Shown in pieces: positions 30,034 to 40,785 of a stretch of DNA of 64,000 nt (position 1 is the first letter of the stretch; the number at the start of each line of letters is the position of its first letter). Both the position numbers and the translations under genes were made by a program. The stretch is from contig CM035354.1 in NCBI GenBank assembly GCA_020137815.1, positions 7,006,001 to 7,070,000 of the forward strand. The letters run 5' to 3'. The notes beneath the pieces were generated by a model. It saw nothing but the letters and a program-made list of their open reading frames with translations. It ran no database searches and was not told the origin of the DNA. Source of the stretch: Hormiphora californensis (Eukaryota; Animalia; Ctenophora).

Positions 30034-32193
30034 ATGCCGTTTGCGAACAAAGTGAAGCTCCAAGATGGAAATCTGGGGGTTGTTGAGTGCGGTCTAGTGG
30101 TTAAATATGAGGACCAAGCAATTGGAATCCCTCTGACACATGTCACTGCAGAAATAGACATCACATTCTGTGCGGCAGAGGTGAAGCTTACTCAGACATA
30201 CTTGAACAACTCCCCTGACCCACTCCACTGTGTCTACTTCTTTCCCACGGAGACGTCCGTTGCCCTCCACAAATTTACCGCCACCATCGGGGACAGGAAA
30301 CTAAGTGGTGTAGTAAAAGAGAAGGAAGTTGCTCGGGAAGAGTTTTCTGATGCAGTCAATCAGGGAAAGACTGCATTTTTATTGGAGGAACTGAAGCCCG
30401 ACATCATGGAATTGATGGTTGGTAATCTGGGATCGAATGAAACGTGTCAGATAGAGATATATTACATCCAAGAGTTACCTTTCCAGGATCTCCTAACCCG
30501 TTTCACCCTACCTACTAGCATAGCACCACGATACATCCCAGCTAGTGACCCTGACCCGGTGGTGGGACTAATGAACATGCAGTACACTGGAGATGTGCCC
30601 CTCTCCATTGGGTTCCAGATTAAAATGAGTAGTGAAATCAAGAATATCACCTCACCCTCTCACAAGGTGGAAGTTACTCAACATTCTAAGGAGGGGTGGT
30701 TCTGTGCTGGGGGGACTCTGGAGGACTTCACCTCACTTCTTGACAGGGATTTTGTGCTCACGCTGGAGTGTGATGACCCCCTGCTACCTGTTGTACTGTA
30801 CGAAGACACAGAGCAGGGAGAAGTTGCTCTCATGATGTCGTTCATCCCTGAGACGCACGCCAAGGAGCGGTTGTGTGAGTTTGTCTTTATTGTCGACTGT
30901 TCTGGGTCCATGTATCGGAAAATTGGTGACACGCGAGAAGCTATGAGGATGTTCATTCAGTCCCTTCCTGAGGACTGCTACTTTAATATTGTTCGCTTCG
31001 GAAGTTCCTACGAGGTCATGGCGAGCAAGTTCCTGAGCAGCAAATCTGTCCCGTACAACGATGAAACGCTGAAAAAGGCAAAAGAGTACATTGACAAGAG
31101 TGTCGACGCTGATATGGGTGGAACTAAAATCTTGAAACCACTGAAAAAAGTACTGGGGTGGAAATATAAAAAAGGTTACGAACGACAGATTCTAATTCTC
31201 ACTGACGGACGTGTTAGTAATACTGAGAAAGTCATTAAGACCATTAAAAACAGATCCAACAAAGACAAATGTCGTGTGTTCAGTTTGGGTATCGGTGATC
31301 GAGTCTCCCGGGAACTGGTAAAAGGTATGGCAGAGGCTGGAGATGGGATTCAAATGTTTTGTACTTCCAACGAACCAATGAGGGAGAAAGTGATCAGAAT
31401 GCTGTCATGTGCTTGCTCGAACCGATCTGAAATTAGTTGTGTCGAGATGGAGGGTCAGGAATCCCTCACCCCACCTGTACCCGTGACCCTGTTCACTGGA
31501 GAGAAAACTGTCCTGTACACCCTCACACCCACCCTACCAGCTGAAATTACTGTCCATTGTTCGGGTAGTAAACACACAGTGACCAGTGGGAACTTTGTCC
31601 AGGTGGACTCTGGCAAGATGCCCAAGTTGGTGGCCCACAAGGTGGCTACTGGAGGTGTTGTCAGTGAGGGGAGAGGAGTTGAGTTGGCTCTTAACTACCA
31701 GGTGGTTACCAAGGAAACCTCCTTCGTGTGTGTTGATGGGGATGTTACTTACACCGCCAACATGGTAGCCAGAGAAGAAGAGCAAGAAGAAAACTACTTA
31801 GTAGAGTACAATCTGATTGGACCGTCGTCACCTCCACCTCTCGAGAAGAAAAGAATGGAAAGGAGTCGTCGTAGATTGGAAGCTGGTGAAGATGAACCCG
31901 CTGCTCAACTTACGAAGCTGATGGACCTGGCCGATACGAAGGGTGGCTTTTCTGATCTTGCCAAGATTAGGGCTGTGTTTAAGTTAGGAGAGCTGACGAC
32001 AGCCAGTAACTTTGCAGAGGATATCGTAGCAACTGTTCTGGCTCTGGTTTTGTTGGAAATCAAGTTTGGGGTACAACGGGATGTTTGGTATAGGTTTGCT
32101 GGGAAATCTGAGAAGTGGCTGGATGGAAAGATCTCCAAAGAAGAGTTGAAAAATCTCAAGGATGAAATGAAAAACTTTGTCTCTTCTTTCTAA
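30034..32193 (+). CDS. VWA5A: VIT-vWA copy 7, intact, 719 aa
   Basis: Uninterrupted ORF; differs from copy 6 at about four residues. Confidence 0.88.
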   Translation: MPFANKVKLQDGNLGVVECGLVVKYEDQAIGIPLTHVTAEIDITFCAAEVKLTQTYLNNSPDPLHCVYFFPTETSVALHKFTATIGDRKLSGVVKEKEVAREEFSDAVNQGKTAFLLEELKPDIMELMVGNLGSNETCQIEIYYIQELPFQDLLTRFTLPTSIAPRYIPASDPDPVVGLMNMQYTGDVPLSIGFQIKMSSEIKNITSPSHKVEVTQHSKEGWFCAGGTLEDFTSLLDRDFVLTLECDDPLLPVVLYEDTEQGEVALMMSFIPETHAKERLCEFVFIVDCSGSMYRKIGDTREAMRMFIQSLPEDCYFNIVRFGSSYEVMASKFLSSKSVPYNDETLKKAKEYIDKSVDADMGGTKILKPLKKVLGWKYKKGYERQILILTDGRVSNTEKVIKTIKNRSNKDKCRVFSLGIGDRVSRELVKGMAEAGDGIQMFCTSNEPMREKVIRMLSCACSNRSEISCVEMEGQESLTPPVPVTLFTGEKTVLYTLTPTLPAEITVHCSGSKHTVTSGNFVQVDSGKMPKLVAHKVATGGVVSEGRGVELALNYQVVTKETSFVCVDGDVTYTANMVAREEEQEENYLVEYNLIGPSSPPPLEKKRMERSRRRLEAGEDEPAAQLTKLMDLADTKGGFSDLAKIRAVFKLGELTTASNFAEDIVATVLALVLLEIKFGVQRDVWYRFAGKSEKWLDGKISKEELKNLKDEMKNFVSSF

Positions 32194-32440
32194 AAAAGAA
32201 ATGTATAATTACTAGATAGTTAATATTTAGAGTAAGTTCTTTTATATTTTTTTTGGGATTTTTTGTGATTGTAATCTTCATTTATTTGTAAAATGTGTTA
32301 GCAATATTTATAATTCTATCTTTTTGTAAAACATCGATTTATTTATCTCATTTATTTTTCTCAAAACATGTCGTTTGAAAAGTATTGCCTCCAATTCCCC
32401 TAGATATATCAACCACCTATCTGTTATAGCAATCCAGAGT

Positions 32441-35400
32441 ATGCCCGATAACTTTCCTACTCCGATTGAGCCGGCCAAAGTCTGCCAGGTCCTCTCTACC
32501 ATTCTCTCCCGACAAAAAGACAACTATGTTCGGTCCGAGGAAATGGGAAAACTTCAGGTACATTGTGAAATATCGATCAGGAGGTTTAGTTTAGTTGAAT
32601 TTGAAGAACTGACCTATCTTTTACTAACCCACCCCTACCCCTCCAGTCGGATTTAGAGAAATTATTGTCCGATGCTGAGGCAAGGTTGACATGGTTACAA
32701 TCAGAAAATGAAACGCTTGATGCTTCAGACAAGGTATAATTGGATTTTAGTACTACTGTTTTCTATAAAAGGTATAATTTTCCACTTGCACGCAAGAATT
32801 ATTAAGAACAAAATACTCCGTAATTGTATCAAATAGTTTTTGACAATGAGTAAGCTAATTGTATGCCACATGCAGGCGATGCATTTAGATTTTTATCCCG
32901 GCTCTCACTGAGAGCCTCTCTCTCTGAGAGTCTCAGTCGAATTCATCTCAAGAGAAAATGTCAAGTACAACACATACCACATAATACATCAGGCTCAATA
33001 ATTAGTGATTAATAATAATCCCCCTCTCCCACAGGGTCTGAGTAGTGACAGTAGTGACTCTCCCAGTCTGTCATCCTCCCATACGTCGCCAAAACAGAAA
33101 CTGGGCTGCAAAAGGGGTCCTGGTCGCCCTGTGGTGAATGAGCGGGTGAAGAATATCAAATTGGGAAACCCCAAACAAACACTGAAAAACAAATCCAAGA
33201 AGAATGAGGTGAGAGAGTTGTTTTGAATAAAATGTTTTGAGGTGAGTGGTTTATTTTCGTTTGTACCTCCAACTTCCAATATTTAGGCTCCTCTTGTCAT
33301 AGTTTCATATTATTAGATATTTGGTAGGTTATTAAATAGAGGTTTGACGCACGTATTCTAGACATAACAATTCAGTATTGTGAGCCACGTGTGAGCCACG
33401 TCGTGTCGAGTATTTATTATCGTCCGTGTTGTGTTATTCAGTGATTCTCTCGTGCACTAGTTCTTTACCGTTATACCGGTAGTTCTGATAGTCAACCCCC
33501 GTCACTACTACTACCACCCTTCACCCGTCACTACTCCATCTACTCAACCACCCGGAGATCATTATACTCGATTATAATGGTCTAGCGTTCGAAAGAGTGA
33601 CTGTAATCTCTTTCAGCAATATGTTACTTCCCTCTATAATTTGTTTAAATTTGCTTCAGCCAGTAACACCAGTGGTGGATAAAGCGCCTGCGATCATCTC
33701 TGATGCACCCCACAAATTCTGGCAGACTCTCGATGCGTGGTGTTCTGATATTACCCCCTCTGATGTGAAGAGACTTCAGGAGCTAACCAAGAGTCAGGAG
33801 TGCACTGAGGAGCACTTCAAAGTTCCCACACTAGGTAATTAGGTAGTAATTAGGTGGTGACTAGGTAGTAGCTAGGTAACATAGTAACTAGGTAATTATG
33901 TAATTAGGTAGTAATTAGGTAATCAGGTGGTAACTATGTATACGTAAACACCACACAGACCCACTTCCACTGTGTGGAAGTTTGTCTGTCTGTGTGTAAG
34001 TGGGTCTGTGTGGTGTTTATTTTTCCGGTGGCTTTAATTTTTGGTAAACATAACACCGGCTAAATACATTCCTCTCATAATATGAGACATACATAATTAC
34101 ACACCTCGCACTAAATAGCACAATTATCATTCTCTCGCATATATTACACGCCTGGAACGCACTATTCACAGAGAATATCTCAATCTCTCTGACTCAGGAA
34201 CGCACTATTCACAACGTTGGGCAATGGAGGACATGCTACTGGAACAGAGAGAGGGAACTGAGCCGGGAAGTAGGAACAGTGAGATATCGAATATTACCCC
34301 ACAAGCCATGGCGGGACAAGATGGAAAACAGGCATCAAACAAGTCAGTTTCATTACTTGAATTACCCATTTGTTATTGTTACCCTGGGACCCGGGTCCTA
34401 AAGTGCAATATCCACCCCCCCCCCCCTAGAACACTGGGACCTCCAACAGACCACCTCCAAAGTGCAATATTCACCCCCCCCCCCCTAGAACACTGGGACC
34501 TCTAACAGAGAAGCTACTGTCTGCACTCATAACCCCCTCCCCCCCCCCCCCCCCCCCCCCCCTAGAACACTGGGACCACTAACAGACCACCTCTAAAGTG
34601 CAATATCACCCCCCCCCCCCCTCCTAGAACACTAGGACCACTGACTCGACAGAGAAACTACTGTCCGCACTCATCACCCCCCCCCCCCACCACAGAACAC
34701 TGGGACCTCTAACAGAGAAGCTACTGTCTGCACTGATGGAGGAAGATGGGTTGGGGACAGTGAAATCAGAGGCAATCGATGACTACGCAAATATTCCCTC
34801 TCCACCAATGGAGGTAAAGCTTCATAATATACCTGATTAGTTCGCCAGGGATACCTTTGTAGAGCCGATTAGTTGTTGCTTTTTAAGTATGTATGTCCCC
34901 TTTTTCAATATATCTAGGCTGCTAATATCATTTAGACCATTTGAGCTAAACACACCCCCCGCCTCATTAGGGTGGTTCCAGTTCCTGGGTTGGTAGTGCG
35001 CCCCAAGTTGAGAAGAGGATCAGGGACGAGCTGGTGTGCCTGGGTATCCTGGGAGCTAGTGATGAGGAGAGCGAGGACGAGATCTTATCGGAGCTACTGG
35101 AGAAACAGGCTGAGTTGAGGAAACTAGCAGAGTACAACCAGACACAACTTGGCATCCTCACTGATACCGCCACAGAGGTAACCAATGGTAACTGGCCATG
35201 CTAGACTAACAGCTTGATATACTCCCCTTGCATTGTTACAAATGTAAAGAAGGGTTAGAACATAACAAATCCCCCCTCTGAGTACCCCTCCAACTACCCA
35301 CTAACAAATCCTCTCCCTTTCAGTACATGAAGCAACAAGAGATAAGGCACCGTATTGACGCTATTGATGACCAAGTGTGTGACACCTACAGGAACTTTAT

Positions 35401-35521
35401 GCTCAAGAAACACAAGAAGATCCCCTATAGCAAGAAGGAGAAAGATCAGGCTTCCAAACTGCTACAAGAGAGAGAGGAACTGAACAAACAGTTGCAGGAT
35501 AACTTACTATTGAGTCCTTGA
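32441..35521 (+). CDS. TADA3: Transcriptional adapter 3 (SAGA/ATAC subunit); exons 32441-32557, 32647-32733, 33035-33208, 33660-33834, 34198-34342, 34696-34813, 34971-35177, 35324-35521
   Basis: The spliced product has KVCQVLSTILSR...LQSDLEKLL, DAPHKFW, FKVPTLGTHYSQRWAMEDMLLEQREG, LGPLTEKLLSALMEE and EKRIRDELVCLG..DEILSEL, all recognisable Ada3 motifs. GT-AG junctions are in phase. Confidence 0.92.
33945..34019. repeat. Short hairpin/mini-MITE in a TADA3 intron
   Basis: TAAACACCACACAGACCCACTT...AAGTGGGTCTGTGTGGTGTTTA. Confidence 0.6.
34400..34735 (+). repeat. Minisatellite (about 60-75 bp, 5 units) made of the TADA3 exon-6 acceptor plus exon start
   Basis: poly-C, then (T/C)AG, then AACACTGGGACC repeated; only the last unit continues in frame. 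Confidence 0.85.
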
Positions 35522-35867
35522 GGAACTGAACAAGCAGCTACAGGATAACTTACTATTGTGATTCACATTGTGTGAACTTTGTTAGACGTGAGTTGTGAGT
35601 TGTGACTTCGGACTTGGGTCAATGGGGAGTTAACTTAACTTATTATAGCTATTCTATTGAAACTGAGAATGATTGAATATTGTTTGTGCATTTTCAGTTT
35701 CTTCACTTAACCGATCTGTTTATTCATTATTGTAACCAAGACAACCAAGATTCTCTGATCTGTCACCTTTTCCAATGAGTAACCCACTTTGTTTAAACAC
35801 AACCAAATACACAGATATTTTTTGGGTTTCAGAACTAGATCATAGAATACAACATTCAACAGGAGAT

Positions 35868-38278
35868 CTAGGCAAGGTATCGCCTCATGGCGGTCAGGAA
35901 GGGGTTCTTTCCCTCTCCGCAGTTGCCCTTGAAGTCATCCATGGTGACATCCCAGACCATACCTCCACCAAGACCCTTCTCTTTGACGTAGTTCATCTTG
36001 AACTTGACAGCCTCGATATCATCATATCCAACCCACTGGTTGCCCTTGTAGGCGTAGGGTCCAACGACACAGTCGGGAGTCTTGACCTTGGTCCATCCCT
36101 TCTTCAGGTTCAGGCAGATCTGGAGGGGAGATGGGGTGTTGAAATATTAGGGAGGGGAGATGTGGTGTTATGAGGAGGGGGGAGATGGGGTGTTTTGAGG
36201 ATGGGGGAGATGGGTTTTAATCTGGGGAATGGGGTGGTAAACCGATGGCGAAATGAGTAATTGTTGTGGTATTTATTTAGGGAGAATGCTAGAATACGTC
36301 CTTTGCCTTATTCTCGGAATCGTTGGCAGTTCGAGAAGTAAGACCGACCCGTTTCTAAGAATATTGGGGCTAGGCAGGATTGTAAAAACACGAACGCAAT
36401 GAATAAGGGGCGGATATGTCAAAGAAAGAGATCAGGAGGGAAATGGGTGAAAAAACACGAACAGAACGTCCATGACCAAGACCAAACCGAGGGGAGAGAT
36501 ATCTCTCACTTCTCAGCTTTCTAACTAAATCCTAAAACATCCTGAATGGACAATATACCCAGGGTGACCCATAAATTATTAGGCCGGGGGATGAGCCGTA
36601 GCTCCGAAAAGGTATTAGTTGAACATACCTCGTAGTAACCGAGGAATCCCTTGGCTCGGGTCCACTTTCCAGCAATACCTCCATCCCTGGCGGGGGCTCC
36701 AATTCCGTTGTTCTTGGGATCATTCAGGGTGAAAGATCGGCCGTAGATGGGCAGACCGAGCATGATCTTCCTAGCGGGGAATCCAGACTTGATCCAGTAG
36801 TTGACAGCAGAGTCGGTGTTGAAGAAGTCAATGGCATCTCCCTCACAGTAGAACATGGGGGCGTTGTGGCCGGTCTGTTTCTCCCAAGATCCGTGGAAAT
36901 CGTAGGTCATCAAGTTGAGGATGTCGAGAGATCGTCCAATTCGGGGGACATCATATCCAGCATCAATGATGGTCTTGGAGGCGGAGACAGCAGCAGAGAG
37001 CATCAGTCCCTTGGGCTTGAAGGCAGCCTTGAGCTCAGCACACCAGTCAGCGAAGGCCTTCTTCTCTCCCTGTTTGCCCCTCTTGCAGTTACCCTGCCAG
37101 CACATGGGGTACTCCCAGTCCAGATCTAGACCGTCGAACTTGTACTTCTCCAGGAAGGGCACGACGTGCTTGATGAAGGCAGTCCTCTTGCTCTTGTTCA
37201 TGACCATGTCGGAGTACTTGGATCCGGCGGAGTCGTTCCATCCTCCGATGGCCAGGAAGACCTTCCTGACTCGGGATCCGGGAGCGTTCTTCAGAGCAAC
37301 GGTCCTCTCGTAGAAGGCTGAAGGGGGTAAATACATTGTTATCATGTTTAAGCAATATATTAGGATTTAGTTTTGTCTTTCTGGCGGTAGCTCAAACCCC
37401 ATGTTGAATATATCGCGATCGGACCGTTGTCCTTTTCAACCCCCACCCACCACATCTCAAAGATATAAGATGCCTCCCACAGCTAATTTGCCCCACAGTC
37501 CCTAACTATAACTTACTGTTGTCCTTATCAGCCCAGCTATCGTGCATCCTGAGGATTCCATTGGTTCCCAGAACAGAGAAGGCGTAGTTGACAATGGTAC
37601 AGAGTTTGGGGTCAATATCCTCGGGAACGTACTTGCCATCACCGGGTCGGTACCAGGCCCAGTTGATGAAGTAACAGACGACATCCTTCTCCGTCTCTGC
37701 GAGGGGGGGGGGGGTCACATAATGAGGGGTGATGGTATTATTTTGTTTGGTAATGATGACATCTAAGTTCAAATTTATGTGGGTATTGAGAAGATATCTT
37801 ACCGGGCCAAGGCTCGGTGGGGCCGGGAGGAGTGGTGGGCTTGGGAGGGTCAGTAGGGGGAGGAGCAGTGGTGGGAGCAGGGGGGTCGGTGGGTCCCTCT
37901 TTACAGTTGGCATTGGCGGGCCAGTCACAGTTCTGGGCATCAGCGTTGAAGTGAAGTCCGGGGGCACAACTCTTGTGCCAGAATCGCCCTCCTGCGGAAT
38001 CATATTGGGATGAGGTTAGAGGTTTGGGGATGATCAACATTCTTCGGGGTTACTGGTTAGGAGAACCCTCCTGGAATCATATTTAAAGGAGTCTCCATTA
38101 GGAGTCCTGGTTTATAGTCACTCTAGGTAACACTAAACACAATTTTAATTTATCCTCACTTACCGGCACAGTGGTAGTATTTCTCACAGTTGGCGGGGTC
38201 CCTGAACATACCATCCCCAGGACAGGTGAAGGCAGCGATGGCCCCGAGGAGCGCACTAATCACAAGAATCAACTTCAT
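35868..38278 (-). CDS. Secreted chitinase: signal peptide, N-terminal CBM14, Pro/Thr linker, GH18 domain; 5 coding exons
   Basis: MKLILVISALLGAIAAFTCPGDGMFRDPANCEKYYHC...CAPGLHFNADAQNCDWP; VCYFINWAWYR; AIGGW; catalytic FDGLDLDWEYP; MTYDFHGSW; QWVGYDD; GMVWDVTMDDF. Confidence 0.93.
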
Positions 38279-38601
38279 AATTTCAGAACTTGCTGGTCTA
38301 GTCCGCCACTGAGCCTGTCTTTTAAAGTAACCACACCAGGTGTCAAGGAGATGATTTTGTTTAACTTGGACAATGGGAGAACTTCAATTTGATTAATTTA
38401 CTCCTTCACAAAGCGTTTAAATTGGTGTAAAATGGATTAGTAAAGTGCGTAGAGGGGAGACAGTGCAGTGGAGTTGTGACATTTGACGTTCAATAAAATC
38501 CGAGTATTTTAAATTTCCTAACATTAAAAAGATTCACATTTACATTCAAGAAAAAAACAATATTTCAAACCACAATATCACTATTTTATCTCTCGCTAAC
38601 T

Positions 38602-40785
38602 CTACATCGGTACTTGATCATACTCAATATCACTACCCTCCTCTTCCTCCTCACCTCCCTTCTCTGCTAACTCCTTCCTCTTTTCCATCTTTCTCTCCTC
38701 TGTCTCATCTAGCTCTCCTCCCTCTTCACCTCCCTCTCCATTAGCGGCCTCCTCCTCAGCCCTCTTCCTTGCCTCTTCCTCCTCCTTCAACCTCCTCTCC
38801 TCCTCTATCTCCTCCCAAGTCTTCTTCCTGACAATAAACTTGAGATGGATATAGAAAGTCTTGTCATCATTTGCTATCTTCTCCAGCTCTGCTAACTCTT
38901 CCTCGGTCAGATCGGGGCCGAAGAAGATCTCTTTGTACTCCTGAAGCCTGGCCTCCAGTTTATCCGTCTTGAATACTATTCTGACTCCTGTTTCGTCCTC
39001 GATCTGCCCCAGAATACTCCTATCCTCACCCTCCTCCTCTTCTTCTTCACTACTAACCCACTCATCACCCCTTGCCAGAGTACGCCCCTTCTTTCTCAAC
39101 TTGTGCTCCGCCATCCACGCCTTCTTCTTTTCCTTCCTCACTTTCTCCCTCTCCTCCCTTCCCTTCTCCCTCTCCTCCCGCTCTGCTTTCTGTTCTTCAG
39201 TCAACTCTTCCTCTGGTATCTCATCTGCTGGCAACTCTCCAATTTCCCGCTCAGGCTCCTCTTCTGTCTCGGGGTCACTCGGCTCGTAGGGTGTATCGCA
39301 ACTTGAGACACTCAATGTACCAACACCTGTAAGATAAGGAAGTTAGTATTCAGGGAGAACGAGAGTGGGATCCCATTCCCCCGCCCAAGTGTGAATGAGA
39401 GATTTTGATGAACTAGGTTTTATTGGTCAGGAGTTAAGTTTGAAGTGTGACTATATCGAATGGAAGTGAATAATCTACCTTGTTCCCTTGCCTTCTCCCT
39501 TCTCAAACCCAATCTCTTCTCCTCCCTCAGCCTGTGCTCCTCTTCCTTCCGAATCCTCTCATTCTCAGCTCTAATCCTGTACTTCTCCTCCAACCGGATC
39601 TCTCGCTTCTTGTTGAGTTTTTGAGATCGCGTTATCGACTGAAAGAGACGAGTTCGATTAGGAACTATTCTGAGATTATTGAAGGAGGGAACTCACTTGC
39701 ACTAGACAAAAACTTCGTTACAATTAAACAATTATGAATGGTTTTGTTTTTTTGGTATCAAATCGCATGTTGTGAGTTGACACCACAACCTTTGCTACCT
39801 TTATGATCCGTTTCAGTCGTTTCTTCTTTGCTGTCGGTCTTTCCGGCATCACAGGTGTCTCCAGGCCCGTCTAAGAGAGGAGCAATATTCATTAGTTGCT
39901 ATGGTTACAGTTGGTAACGAAATTACGTCACGAGCGACCTTGCCGCACTGGGAAGGGAGGGGTAACTTCGTTACCAAGCCCTACAGTTACTATGGTAATT
40001 GGTACCAATTACTGCAGTTGCTATGGCTACAGTTCACATACCAAATCAGGCTGTATCTCCTGCTCATCGGGATCATCTGATTCTGGTTTCTCGTTTTGTG
40101 GAGTTGTATGGATAAAGTCAAGGCGGAACTGAATCTCCAACACATTTTCATCATTAATCACTACAATTAACTTCTTCGTCCTCTCTTCTTTAGTGCCCTT
40201 ATCTGAAATAATGGTTAATACATTTAATTGTATATCAATTAATAAGCTGAATAATTAACTAACTTAATTAAATAATTAGTTAACTTACTGTTAAGGTACA
40301 TATCCTTGATGTCTTTTAGCATTAGCCTCGTCTTGATAACCATCTGCTTCCAGTCATCATCATCCTCTATCGTATCAACACCACAACCCCTCAACACATT
40401 CCTCATCCTGTCCTCCCAAGTAACCTCATCCTCCTCCTCTCCCTCCTCAATCTCCTGCACTTCTGCATCAGCCATCTCATCCGCCAGCTCCTGCTCTGTC
40501 TTCTCGCCCTGGTCTTCAGGTGCTGCTGAGCCTTCTTCTTCAGGAGTTGGAGGTGGCGTCACTTTTCTAGCGAACATACTGAATCTCGGCTTGCTGTCAC
40601 CTTCATCTTTAGGTTTCGATTTGAAGAGACCAAATCCGCTGCTCTTCTTTGGTTTTTGTTCCTCCTCTTCTTGTTCTTCGACTACTTCCTCCGGGGAAGG
40701 GACTTCAGGCGAGTCTTCTTTAGCAGGCATCTCCTCTTTCTTATCCTCCTTCCGCAAGAACCAACTTTCACCCATTATTCACTGT
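38602..40785 (-). CDS. Multi-exon Glu/Lys-rich low-complexity protein of unknown family (5' end uncertain)
   Basis: Long open acidic exons 38602-39326 and about 40268-40785, with small GT-AG-bounded exons near 39478-39639, 39780-39870 and 40040-40203. Confidence 0.6.

Noticed and set aside
8053-32159. Recurrent antisense and alternate-frame ORFs within each VWA copy
   Set aside because: Shadows of the near-identical coding sequence, not independent genes.
34400-34735. Repeat-spacer pattern resembling a CRISPR array
   Set aside because: Eukaryotic intron; the spacers are themselves homologous, the repeat is the exon start, and there are no cas genes.
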